Source of the DNA: an uncultured Candidatus Saccharibacteria bacterium
GTDB lineage: Bacteria; Patescibacteriota; Minisyncoccia; Minisyncoccales; CAYVNG01
Reading direction: 5' to 3'
Length of the DNA stretch: 64,000 bases
Assembly (NCBI GenBank): GCA_964452875.1
Contig: CAYVNG010000001.1
Span: forward strand, 2,786 to 66,785
This document shows, one piece after another, positions 18,874 through 27,654 of the stretch. A model generated the notes under the pieces. That model was not told the DNA's origin and ran no database searches. It saw only the letters and a list, made by a program, of their open reading frames with translations. The position numbers were made by a program, and so were the translations under genes. Each line of letters begins with the position of its first letter. Positions within the stretch are counted from its first letter, which is position 1.

Positions 18874-20001
18874 ATGAAGACAGGCGTTGCCACAGTCCCT
18901 TTGGATTACGGAAGGTGCCCCAGGTGGCTTTTTGAAAGGATGAAAAGGCTTTCCAAAGGCATAACCACGGCCATTGTTGAGGAGTTCGGCCCGGAAGAAT
19001 TCCTGAAAAGAATGTCTGATCCTGTATGGTTCCAATCTTTCGGATGCGTCCTGGGTTTCGACTGGAACAGCAGCGGGCTTACCGTCACCACTTTGGGAGC
19101 CTTGAAAGCCGGACTTTTCGAGGTGCAGGACCATCTCGGCCTTTACGTCTGCGGAGGCAAAAGGACTTCAAGAGAGACCCCGACGGAGATTGAAGCTTAT
19201 GGGATATCCAGGCATTTCTCTTTCGCCCCGGACCTGATATATGCCTCAAAGATGGCGGCTAAAGTGGATTCCTCCTTGATACAGGATAATTACCAGATTT
19301 ATCAGCATAATTTCCTGTTCACCAAGTCCGGCAGCTGGGCGGTCATACAGCAGGGAATGAACACGGAAAACCAAACAGCGAGGCGCTATCACTGGCTTTC
19401 AGAGTCCCTTTCCAAGAAAAAAGAATTCATCGAAGAGCCCCATGCAGGCATCATATCCGGGGCCAGGGCTAGGCCGTTGAATCTGGTCGCCAAGGAAAGC
19501 GCAAAGAACAGGGAAGTGAGCGAGAAGATGGCGACCGAGGAAGCAGGCTCCTTTTTGAAAAACTTAAAGCTCATCCAGACCAAAAAGGAAAACAACCTCG
19601 TATCAATGAAACTCTACGATAAGGAGTTCTACTGGCATCCGGTCGTGGAAGAGAAGTTCGACCTGAAGCGTTTGGAAAGAACGGTTTTTTCCATAAAAGA
19701 AAGCGATCCCAAAGGATTCGAGGAGCTTTTGAGTCTTAAAGGAGTCGGCCCCAAGACCATAAGGGCCCTTTCCCTGGTTTCTGAACTGGTTTACGGAGCA
19801 ATCCCTTCGTACAAAGATCCGGCTAGATACAGCTTCGCCCACGGAGGCAAGGACGGCACCCCTTATCTCCCGGATCAGAAAGAAATGGACAAGACTATAG
19901 AGATTCTCGAAAGGGGGATAAAAAAGAGCCTGATTTCCATTAAAGAGAAGGAAGAGGCTGGAAAAAGGATCAGAAAAACCTTTTTATTGGAAAAGCCTTA
20001 A
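18874..20001 (+). CDS. DUF763 family protein
   Basis: DPVWFQSFGCVLGFDWNSSG, QQGMN..ARRYHW, SFAHGGKDG. Confidence 0.88.
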   Translation: MKTGVATVPLDYGRCPRWLFERMKRLSKGITTAIVEEFGPEEFLKRMSDPVWFQSFGCVLGFDWNSSGLTVTTLGALKAGLFEVQDHLGLYVCGGKRTSRETPTEIEAYGISRHFSFAPDLIYASKMAAKVDSSLIQDNYQIYQHNFLFTKSGSWAVIQQGMNTENQTARRYHWLSESLSKKKEFIEEPHAGIISGARARPLNLVAKESAKNREVSEKMATEEAGSFLKNLKLIQTKKENNLVSMKLYDKEFYWHPVVEEKFDLKRLERTVFSIKESDPKGFEELLSLKGVGPKTIRALSLVSELVYGAIPSYKDPARYSFAHGGKDGTPYLPDQKEMDKTIEILERGIKKSLISIKEKEEAGKRIRKTFLLEKP

Positions 20002-21563
20002 TTGTCCAGGTTTTTAACCATGTAAGTGTCTCTCAAGTCGTATCCGAGTTTTCTGTAATATCCCCTTACGCCGATGCCGGATATGACGGCTATTTTTTTC
20101 GCCTTGAATTCTTTCTCGGCTATTTTTTCAGCTTCTTCCATCAGTCTTTTGCCGAGCCCGGTATGCTGGGGGGAATTTTTGTTCCTTTCTTTTTTTATCT
20201 CCTGGAGCTGGCCGTAAGTGTGTAATTCTCTTATCAAAGCAGCGCCATCGAGAATTTTGGAAACAGGATATTTGCTTTGCTTTCTCAAACGGAGAAGGCT
20301 GTAAAGCCTTTTCCGCTTTCTATCTTCCATAGTCAAAAAAACCTCCTTGCCGTTCGAAGCCGTGAAATCCTTTCTGAAAAGAAAAACCTTTTCATCAGAT
20401 TCGTAGGCCGACCTCACCTCCCTGCACCTTATGCATTTGCAGCTCCATTTTTCGTTTTTGATCTCCCTTCCGACCACCTGGCGGAGATTGGAGATGCGGG
20501 CCGGCCCGGCAGCTATGCTGCAAGAAGGGATGTCTCTTATAATCCTTTGGATTCTTACATAATATGGAACGATTTTTTTGATGCTTTTGATAAGATCTAT
20601 GGCCTGGCGGTCCGTGTAAACTTCATACTTTCCTTTTTTCCACCATTTGTGCAGCAAGGAGTTTTTCAAGATTGCAGTCGGATATATTTTCAGCCAGTCT
20701 GGCCTGAACCTTTGGTCAAGAAAGAGAACTTTGAACATCTTCACGTCCTTTTTAAGGTCAGATCCCGGAAGATTGGGCATCATCTGGTAGCAGACTTTGA
20801 ATCCCGTATTCTTGAGAAGCTCGGTGGCAAGGATCGTTTCTTCCACTTTATGACCCCTTTTGTTAATTTTCAAGACATCGTCAAAAAGGCTTTGGACTCC
20901 CAGCTCGACTCCTGTGATGCCGAGGCGTCTCAATCTTGTTATCTCTTCTTTCGTCACAAAATCCGGTCTGGTTTCGACCGATATCCCGATTATCCTGCTG
21001 CAGGATTTTTCGTTCTTTTTTTGAGCTATAAAGAGATTTTTTGAGAAAGACTTATTACAGGCGTCAAAGCATCTTTTAACGAACCAGGACTGATAATTTT
21101 TCGGATAAAAACTCCAGGTGCCTCCGATTATTCTCAGATCGATTTTATCTATAGGATGGCCTCCTTCCTTAAGAGCTTTCAATCTCATTTCGGTTTGTTT
21201 GAAAGGGTCGTATTTGTTCGAAACGGCCCTCATCACCGCAGGCTCGTTCTTAAGGTAGCTTTTGGGGGCCCCTTTTTCTGAAGGGCAATAAACGCATTTT
21301 CCAGGGCAAGGATAGGGCTTTGTCAGTACGGAAACGTTGACTATCCCTGAAAGTGACCTTATCGGCCTCACCCTCAAAAGGCGTTCGATTCTCAAGGACC
21401 TTTTGACCCTGGTTGTTTCGTGATAAGCTTTTAATAGCTCGCGGTTTGAAGGGCAGGGGATGCCGTATCTCTTGGCCGTTTCCCTTTTTATCCTAGCCAA
21501 ATCAGCCGGAGTTTTCGCTCCGGATCCATTTAATCTTTCGACTATTTTTTTCAATGCTTCCAT
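19998..21563 (-). CDS. elp3: Elp3 radical-SAM/KAT tRNA wobble-uridine carboxymethylase
   Basis: CPGKCVYCP, PKSY..EPA, ETRPD, ELGVQS, KIYP, RIIRDIP, CKCIRCRE, RELHTYG, QHTGLG, ISGIGVRGYYRKLGY. Confidence 0.93.
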   Translation of the reverse strand: MEALKKIVERLNGSGAKTPADLARIKRETAKRYGIPCPSNRELLKAYHETTRVKRSLRIERLLRVRPIRSLSGIVNVSVLTKPYPCPGKCVYCPSEKGAPKSYLKNEPAVMRAVSNKYDPFKQTEMRLKALKEGGHPIDKIDLRIIGGTWSFYPKNYQSWFVKRCFDACNKSFSKNLFIAQKKNEKSCSRIIGISVETRPDFVTKEEITRLRRLGITGVELGVQSLFDDVLKINKRGHKVEETILATELLKNTGFKVCYQMMPNLPGSDLKKDVKMFKVLFLDQRFRPDWLKIYPTAILKNSLLHKWWKKGKYEVYTDRQAIDLIKSIKKIVPYYVRIQRIIRDIPSCSIAAGPARISNLRQVVGREIKNEKWSCKCIRCREVRSAYESDEKVFLFRKDFTASNGKEVFLTMEDRKRKRLYSLLRLRKQSKYPVSKILDGAALIRELHTYGQLQEIKKERNKNSPQHTGLGKRLMEEAEKIAEKEFKAKKIAVISGIGVRGYYRKLGYDLRDTYMVKNLDN

Positions 21564-22320
21564 GAAAGAAAAAAGGGCCGAACAATTGCTAAAAGAGATT
21601 ACAGACTATTATAACCTGGAGGCAGATGAATTTTCAAGGACCAGGAAAGAACCCTGGCCAGAAATTGAATTTTTGTTCGACAGTCTCAACCTCGGGGAAA
21701 AGGTCTTGGATTTAGGTTGCGGCAACGGAAGATTCTTCCGTTTTTTCAAAAAAAGAAAGGTTGACTATTTTGGGACGGATGCTTCCCCTAAATTGGTTGA
21801 AATAGCAAAAAGGGAAAATCCTGGAGCAAGGTTTGAAACGGCAGACGCTTTGAATCTTCCCTTTCCGGGCAACAATTTCGATAAAATCTACAGCATCGCT
21901 GTTCTCCATCATATTCCATCATACGGTTTAAGGATGAAATTTTTGAAGGAGGCGGAAAGAGTGCTGAAACCCGGAGGCATTCTTGTATTAACCTGTTGGA
22001 AATTGCCGTTCAGGAAAATGGTTTTCTTGAATTTAAAATCATTGTTATCTAAAATATTTAAAAGGGAGGATATGGACAAGGGAGACGTCTTCGTTCCATG
22101 GCGGAAGAAGGCAAGAAGGTATTATCATATTTTTTCCGAAAAGGAATTGGGAAAAATTGTTAAAGAATCAAGGTTTACAATAGAAAAGTCTGGAATCGTC
22201 AAAAACGAAAAAAGGAACAGGCAGAATTTTTATATCGTTGCAAAGAAACAGCCCTCTGACTATTTGCCAGAGGGCTTGCGGGGCGAAATGGGACGAACTA
22301 CTTCCTCGATATTGAGATAA
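21562..22320 (+). CDS. Class I SAM methyltransferase, Trm9/ALKBH8-like
   Basis: Y..A.EFSRTR..PWP, LDLGCGNGR, SIAVLHHI, RVLKPGG, VFVPW, RYYHIF...EL; ATG 21562. Confidence 0.8.
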   Translation: MKEKRAEQLLKEITDYYNLEADEFSRTRKEPWPEIEFLFDSLNLGEKVLDLGCGNGRFFRFFKKRKVDYFGTDASPKLVEIAKRENPGARFETADALNLPFPGNNFDKIYSIAVLHHIPSYGLRMKFLKEAERVLKPGGILVLTCWKLPFRKMVFLNLKSLLSKIFKREDMDKGDVFVPWRKKARRYYHIFSEKELGKIVKESRFTIEKSGIVKNEKRNRQNFYIVAKKQPSDYLPEGLRGEMGRTTSSILR

Positions 22321-22496
22321 GAGCTCAAGGGTGGGATTCTCGTCCTGGGACATATTTTTTCGAGAAGTTTCTTCAGAGCCTTGAAGGCTTGGCGTTCTGA
22401 AGAAGCTGTGACATACTTTTCCTTGATCTCAGGTATCCCAGGAAGGCACCCTTTTATCAGGAAGAGTTTCTTTGGTTTTCTATTTTTCGTTACCAA
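22260..22496 (-). CDS. 78-aa basic hypothetical protein
   Basis: TTG start with AAGGAGGT SD (22502-22509) and its own consensus promoter. Confidence 0.65.
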   Translation of the reverse strand: MVTKNRKPKKLFLIKGCLPGIPEIKEKYVTASSERQAFKALKKLLEKICPRTRIPPLSSYLNIEEVVRPISPRKPSGK

Positions 22497-22514
22497 CTTT
22501 TACCTCCTTTTGAT

Positions 22515-22543
22515 ATTATACCAATAAAAAGCATTTTAGTCAA
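22515..22543 (-). promoter_or_regulatory. sigma70 promoter TTGACT-17-TATAAT (extended -10)
   Basis: agtcaa 22538-22543, attata 22515-22520. Confidence 0.75.
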
Positions 22544-22592
22544 GTTAAAACGCTTCTTTATCTTTTCTCTTTAAATTGGTAAAATGAATGTA

Positions 22593-23132
22593 ATGAAATA
22601 TAAAATCGCAGTAAGCGGAGCTTCGAAGCTCAACACCTGTTCAAAAGGAATAGAAAAGCTGGCTGAGAATCTGGGGAGGGAAATAGCCAAAAGCGGGTCT
22701 GTCCTGATAACCGGAGCCACGACCGGAGTCCCTTATTATTCGGCCAAGGGCTGTAAGGAAGCAGGAGGGATAAGCATCGGATTCTCTCCCGCCGCCTCCC
22801 TCAAGGCCCACCAGAAGACATACAAGCTCCCTATAGATCAGTTCGACGTGATAGTCTTCACCGGATTCGACTACAGCGGAAGAAACCTTCTGATGACCAG
22901 GGCGGCCGACGCAGTGATCATCTGCTGCGGCAGGATGGGGACGCTGAACGAATTTACCATCGCATTCGAGGATAAAAAGCCGATAGGGATTTTGGAAGGA
23001 TCTGGAGGGACGGCAGATTCCATAAAGGATCTTTTGAGCAAACCGCATAGGAAGGCGGCTAAGATAGTTTATGACAGAGACCCCAAAAGGCTCGTTCAAA
23101 AACTGCTGGAGGTAGTTAAAAAAGGTCGTTAA
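22593..23132 (+). CDS. LOG/TIGR00725-like Rossmann-fold protein
   Basis: IAVSGA, ITGATTG, GRNLLM, GRMGTLNEF. Confidence 0.8.
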   Translation: MKYKIAVSGASKLNTCSKGIEKLAENLGREIAKSGSVLITGATTGVPYYSAKGCKEAGGISIGFSPAASLKAHQKTYKLPIDQFDVIVFTGFDYSGRNLLMTRAADAVIICCGRMGTLNEFTIAFEDKKPIGILEGSGGTADSIKDLLSKPHRKAAKIVYDRDPKRLVQKLLEVVKKGR

Positions 23133-23151
23133 ACCATTTCAGTAAAATTTT

Positions 23152-23409
23152 ATGCCGGACAAAAAAGAAAAATTAGTCGGCGAAATAACCCATTACTTCG
23201 GGAATATAGGAGTGGCAGTGATAAAGGCCTCAGACAAGATCAAAGTGGGGGACACCATCCATGTGGTTGGGGGAGATGCTGATTTTACCCAGGAAGTGGA
23301 TTCCATGGAAGTTGACCACCAGAAGGTGAAGGAAGCCAAGAAAGGAGCGGAATTCGGGCTGAAGATCGACCAAAAAGTGAGGGAAGGATACCAGGTTTAC
23401 AAGCCCTGA
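23152..23409 (+). CDS. Small EF-Tu domain II-like beta-barrel protein
   Basis: VGEITHYFGNIGVAVI, IKVGDTI, FTQEVDSME, VREGYQVYK. Confidence 0.75.
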   Translation: MPDKKEKLVGEITHYFGNIGVAVIKASDKIKVGDTIHVVGGDADFTQEVDSMEVDHQKVKEAKKGAEFGLKIDQKVREGYQVYKP

Positions 23410-23504
23410 TTTTCGGTTGCAAAAGATAGGCGTTTTCCGGCAGGTCGCTGCCTGCGATCTTTTTTCTGCAGAATGATTGGAAAAATTTCGTAAAAGCCTT
23501 GATT

Positions 23505-24221
23505 ATGGTTTTTTTTAAACTTTTACAAACATTTTCGTTTCCCACGGTTTTCCTTTTCCTTATCCTCCTTTCGGGTCTTTTGCTGTCCAAAAGGAAAGCG
23601 GGCATGGTCCTGCTTATTGTCGGAACGGCTTTTTACCTTTTCTTTTCCGTTACCCCGTCCGCCGACCTTCTGATCCGCCCTCTTGAGAACAGATATGAGG
23701 AACAGGACGCCCAGGAAGCGGAATACATCGTTCTCCTGACAGGAGGGATGGAAAACAGCAAGACCGCTTTAGGGGAAAGCACAATATTCCGGGTCGTAAA
23801 AGCGTTCCAATTGTATTCAAACTTCAGCGACAAGCCTTACATCATAGTCTCCGGGGACGATCCGACCCTTTCTTTCTCTTCAGCCAGCGAAATAGCCGGC
23901 TTTCTTGGATCTTTGGGAGTGGAGGAAGAAAGGATAATCGTTGAATCTGAATCAAAAACGACTTTTCAATCGGCCAAGGAAGTGAAAGATATCGTCCGAG
24001 AAAAGAAATTCGCTTTGGTTACTTCTGCCTATCACATGCCCAGGGCGGTGTACTCCTTTGAAAAATATGGGTTGCAGCCGTTTCCCGTTCCATCAGACTT
24101 CAAGGCGGAAAAAGATTACAGTATTTTTGATTTTTTCCCCCAGGCGGACAATCTCAGAAAGTGCAATCTGGCCTTTCACGAATATCTGGGGCTGATATAT
24201 TATTCTTTTAAAAAACCATGA
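23505..24221 (+). CDS. YdcF/DUF218 (ElyC-like) membrane protein
   Basis: N-terminal TMs, IVLLTGG, IIVSG, SKTTFQSA, LVTSAYHMPRA, HEYLG. Confidence 0.88.
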   Translation: MVFFKLLQTFSFPTVFLFLILLSGLLLSKRKAGMVLLIVGTAFYLFFSVTPSADLLIRPLENRYEEQDAQEAEYIVLLTGGMENSKTALGESTIFRVVKAFQLYSNFSDKPYIIVSGDDPTLSFSSASEIAGFLGSLGVEEERIIVESESKTTFQSAKEVKDIVREKKFALVTSAYHMPRAVYSFEKYGLQPFPVPSDFKAEKDYSIFDFFPQADNLRKCNLAFHEYLGLIYYSFKKP

Positions 24222-24313
24222 CAAAATTAGACGTCATTATAATCGTTTCGGTCTTCGTCCTGATAATCTGGTATCTAGCGACAAACCTGCCGGACATCGT
24301 AAAAGGTTTTTAA
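24218..24313 (+). CDS. 31-aa single-TM peptide MTKLDVIIIVSVFVLIIWYLATNLPDIVKGF
   Basis: ATGA overlap with the upstream stop; ends 1 nt before the next ATG. Confidence 0.55.
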   Translation: MTKLDVIIIVSVFVLIIWYLATNLPDIVKGF

Positions 24314-24314
24314 G

Positions 24315-25562
24315 ATGAAGATCGTCTGCGATTTCCATATTCATTCCAAGTATTCCAGGGCCACCAGTAAAGAAACGGATCTGGAGCATCTGGCTTGTTC
24401 AGCCAAACGTAAAGGGATAGACGTTTTAGGTACTGGGGATTTTTCCCATCCCGAATGGTTCAGATACCTCAAAGAAAGCCTGGAGCCGGATCAGGAAGGA
24501 CTTTTCAAGATGAAAAAACAGGATAACGGCATAAGGTTCATTCTTACCAACGAGATAAGTTGTATTTATTCCAAAGACGGCAAAGTGAGAAAAATCCATG
24601 TTCTTATTCTTGCTCCTTCGTTTGAAACCGCAGAAAAAATCAATGTAAGACTCGGACTGATAGGGAATCTCAAATCTGACGGAAGGCCGATACTCGGGCT
24701 TGACGCCAAGGAACTGGCCAAAATAGTCTTGGAAGCTTCCGAAGATTGTCTGGTCGTTCCCGCACACGCCTGGACTCCCTGGTTCGGGATATTCGGGTCG
24801 AAGTCAGGGTTCGACTCCATAGAAGAGTGCTTTGAAGAGTATTCGGACCGCATATATGCCATTGAAACAGGGCTCTCTTCAGATCCTTCGATGAACTGGA
24901 GGCTGAAAGCGCTGGACAGCGTCAGCTTGATAAGCAACTCCGACGCACACAGCCCGGGGAAGATCGGCAGGGAAGCCAATGTTTTCGATATTGGTCTCAG
25001 CTATCCTGCGATTATAGGAGCGATCAAGGAGAAAAATCCTGAAAGGTTTCTCTATACCATCGAATTTTATCCTGAAGAAGGGAAATATCATTATGACGGC
25101 CACAGGAATTGCGGAGTTTCCCTTTCCCCGGCAGAATCCAGAAAGAGCAACGGCGCCTGCCCTGTCTGCGGAAAGCCTTTGACTGTAGGGGTTTTGAGCA
25201 GGGTGGAGCAGTTGGCAGACAGACAGGAAGGATTCAAGCCGGAAAACGCCGTCCCTTTCAAGAGCCTGATACCTTTAGAGGAAATTATAACTGAAGCCAT
25301 GGGGAACGCTTCTTTGACTAAAGCAGGGGCGAAAGAATATGAGAATCTTATCGGCAAGTTCGGCTCCTCTTTAAAAATACTTTTGGACGCTTCCAGGAAA
25401 GATTTGGAAGCAGAAACCGCTCCTGAAATCGCGGAAGCGATAATAAGGGCCAGGCAGGGGGATGTCCTTATCGAGCCTGGGTATGACGGGGTCTTCGGCA
25501 GGATCAGGATTTTTCCTGCTGAAAAACCAGGACCCGGCCTGAAACAAAAAACTTTATTCTGA
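24315..25562 (+). CDS. Endonuclease Q family PHP-domain protein
   Basis: DFHIHSKYSRATS, GTGDFSHP, PAHAWTPW, ETGLSSD, SNSDAHS, GKYHYDGHR.C..CPVCG, PGYDG. Confidence 0.88.
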   Translation: MKIVCDFHIHSKYSRATSKETDLEHLACSAKRKGIDVLGTGDFSHPEWFRYLKESLEPDQEGLFKMKKQDNGIRFILTNEISCIYSKDGKVRKIHVLILAPSFETAEKINVRLGLIGNLKSDGRPILGLDAKELAKIVLEASEDCLVVPAHAWTPWFGIFGSKSGFDSIEECFEEYSDRIYAIETGLSSDPSMNWRLKALDSVSLISNSDAHSPGKIGREANVFDIGLSYPAIIGAIKEKNPERFLYTIEFYPEEGKYHYDGHRNCGVSLSPAESRKSNGACPVCGKPLTVGVLSRVEQLADRQEGFKPENAVPFKSLIPLEEIITEAMGNASLTKAGAKEYENLIGKFGSSLKILLDASRKDLEAETAPEIAEAIIRARQGDVLIEPGYDGVFGRIRIFPAEKPGPGLKQKTLF

Positions 25563-25567
25563 ATAGA

Positions 25568-25930
25568 ATGATAGACGAATATTTTTTCGGCTCGATCGTC
25601 ATAAACGGCAATCATTATTCAAAAGACGTCGAAGTGAGATGGGACGGCGAAGTTTTTGACTGGCAAAGGGAAGAGAGCCATGTTTTCAGCCTCAAAGACG
25701 TAGAAAGGGCAGTGGATCAGGATCCAGAGCTTATAGTCATGGGGACAGGGGAATCCGGGATGGCGAAGCTGACCGAAGAATGCAGGGATTTCATAACAGA
25801 GAGGGGGATTGAACTTGTTACTGATAGGACAGGGGAAGCAGTTAAGACTTTCAATATAATACTCCAGGATTCCATGGAAGAGGAAGGGAAGCAGAAAAAG
25901 GTAATCGGGCTTTTCCATCTTACCTGCTGA
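25568..25930 (+). CDS. Mth938-like (DUF498) protein
   Basis: MIDEYFFGSIVING, MGTGESG, TGEAVKTFN, FHLTC. Confidence 0.88.
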   Translation: MIDEYFFGSIVINGNHYSKDVEVRWDGEVFDWQREESHVFSLKDVERAVDQDPELIVMGTGESGMAKLTEECRDFITERGIELVTDRTGEAVKTFNIILQDSMEEEGKQKKVIGLFHLTC

Positions 25931-25936
25931 GAAAGC

Positions 25937-25961
25937 AAAAATCCGGATTTTCTCCGGATTT
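25937..25961. terminator. Bidirectional intrinsic terminator
   Basis: aaaaatccgga-ttttc-tccggattt. Confidence 0.75.
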
Positions 25962-26119
25962 ATGCCGATTGTCTCGTCTCCATTCTTATGAGAATCTTTT
26001 AGACACTGAGGCCTTTATCCCCTAAATATTTGAAAGAACAAAAAAACAGGGGGCCTGCAAGGAGGTTAGCAGGCAAGACTCTCATAAGAATAAAGACGTT
26101 TATCTGAAAGAGCTTAGAC
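25937..26119 (-). ncRNA. Candidate structured ncRNA (~180 nt) with anti-SD loop
   Basis: 24-bp helix 25975-25998/26075-26098 (3 G-U pairs, - strand only); hairpin GCCUGC-UAACCUCCUU-GCAGGC; own promoter and terminator. Confidence 0.7.
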
Positions 26120-26124
26120 ATGAT

Positions 26125-26153
26125 ATTATACATCATTGATTCATTTTTGTCAA
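26125..26153 (-). promoter_or_regulatory. Perfect sigma70 promoter TTGACA-17-TATAAT
   Basis: tgtcaa 26148-26153, attata 26125-26130. Confidence 0.82.
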
Positions 26154-26204
26154 CATAAAGATGGCTTTACTGGCCGAAAAAATAAGGATATACTGGAAAA
26201 TAGC

Positions 26205-27242
26205 ATGAAAAAAGTTCTGCTTTTTTTTATATCATTGGTTATCGGCACCCTGCTTTTGTTGGCAGTCGTCCAGAAAACAGGCTGGGAAGAAGTGAAATCC
26301 GTCTTTCTGTCTTTTTCCGGCTGGGACGGGCTTATAATCCTGGGGTTGAGCTTTTTGATGTTGGTGGTCGGGAATTTGAGGTGGCAGGAAGTCCTGAAAG
26401 GGCAGGGGATAAACATACCCTTTCTCCCTTTGTTTAGGATTTACCTTGCCGGATTCTCGGTCATGTTCCTGGCCCCCGTCGTTCTTTTCGGAGGGGAAAC
26501 TTTGAAAGCATATCTCATAAAAAAGAAATATTCATTGAGTTGGGATCAGGGAGTAGCTTCGGTGGTGGTAGACAGGATGATAGAGCTCACTGTTTACGTG
26601 TTTCTTATCCTGATCGGGGTGGTATATTTCGTTTTTTCAACCGGATTCCATTTTTCCGGTTTCAATTTGGCATTAGGATCGGTTTTGGCTCTTTTCATTG
26701 CCGGCATCTTCCTGTTCTATTCTAAATGTTTCAAAAAGCAGAGCATTCTGAAATTTTTCGTCGGCCTTTTCAAACCAGAGGCTGACGACGGCAAGCCTTT
26801 CGAATTGGAAATGGAATTTTTCAAAATACTCAAGCCGACAGGGAGGTTATTCTGGAAAGTGGTCGCCCTTTCCTTCCTGCGCTGCGGAGTGATGCTGGCC
26901 AGGGTATGGGTCTTGCTCTTTTTCCTCGGCAAGACGCTAGGCCTGCTGCCCGCCCTTTCAGTCCTCAGTTTCTCGTATTTCGCCTTGATGGTTCCTGTTC
27001 CGACCGCTCTCGGAGTGCACGAAACTTTCCAGGCTCTCGTTTTTTCAGTCCTGGGGATAGGCTCTTTCATGGCCCCGGCTTTCGCCATGATTATCAGGGC
27101 GGGAGACCTTCTCATGTCTCTGATCGGATTGGTCCTGCTTTTCCATTTCGGATTCAGCCTGGCCAAGGATGTTCTGTTCAAAAAAATAGAGGCTTTCGCC
27201 AACTACAGCAACGGAAAAAACCACAAAAACGGGCAAGTATGA
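26205..27242 (+). CDS. Lysylphosphatidylglycerol synthase TM / UPF0104 flippase-like protein
   Basis: Multi-TM, LRW, GGETLKAYL, SVVVDR, PTALGVHE. Confidence 0.82.
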   Translation: MKKVLLFFISLVIGTLLLLAVVQKTGWEEVKSVFLSFSGWDGLIILGLSFLMLVVGNLRWQEVLKGQGINIPFLPLFRIYLAGFSVMFLAPVVLFGGETLKAYLIKKKYSLSWDQGVASVVVDRMIELTVYVFLILIGVVYFVFSTGFHFSGFNLALGSVLALFIAGIFLFYSKCFKKQSILKFFVGLFKPEADDGKPFELEMEFFKILKPTGRLFWKVVALSFLRCGVMLARVWVLLFFLGKTLGLLPALSVLSFSYFALMVPVPTALGVHETFQALVFSVLGIGSFMAPAFAMIIRAGDLLMSLIGLVLLFHFGFSLAKDVLFKKIEAFANYSNGKNHKNGQV

Positions 27243-27643
27243 TTTTCTATATCAATACAAAAGGGTTCAATGATGTTGTTGACATCACTGAGAAGGTTTC
27301 CGAGCTGGCGGCCCAGTCAGGTGTGGAAGACGGGATTTGCCTGGTTTCCTGTTCAGGATCCACTGCTGGCGTCACTACGATTGAATATGAAGAGGGGGCA
27401 ATTAAGGATTTAAAAAGGGCGCTTGAAATATTGGCCCCGATGAACGGCATCTATGAACACCAAAAGAAGTGGGGGGACGGAAACGGATACGCCCACGTGA
27501 GGTCAGCTTTGATGAAACCCTGCATATCTTTCCCTATGGAAAAAGGAAGGATAAAGCTCGGCACCTGGCAGCAGATAGTCCTCATCGATTTTGACAACCG
27601 GCCAAGGGAAAGGGAGTTGTCGGTCAAAGTCGTTTCTTCTTGA
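27239..27643 (+). CDS. yjbQ: YjbQ/UPF0047 family protein
   Basis: DITEKV, STAGVTTIE, GNGYAHVRS, LGTWQQI..DFD; ATG 27239. Confidence 0.9.
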   Translation: MIFYINTKGFNDVVDITEKVSELAAQSGVEDGICLVSCSGSTAGVTTIEYEEGAIKDLKRALEILAPMNGIYEHQKKWGDGNGYAHVRSALMKPCISFPMEKGRIKLGTWQQIVLIDFDNRPRERELSVKVVSS

Positions 27644-27654
27644 AGGAATCGTAT

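Noticed and set aside
18829-25970. Shared 11-mer AATCGGCATAA near two terminators (18829-18839 +, 25960-25970 -)
   Set aside because: Only two copies; compatible with chance
25999-26121. 40-codon - strand ORF MSKLFQINV... inside RNA 2
   Set aside because: ATG is only 3 nt from the -10 box, probably upstream of the TSS; the extensive pairing better explains the sequence
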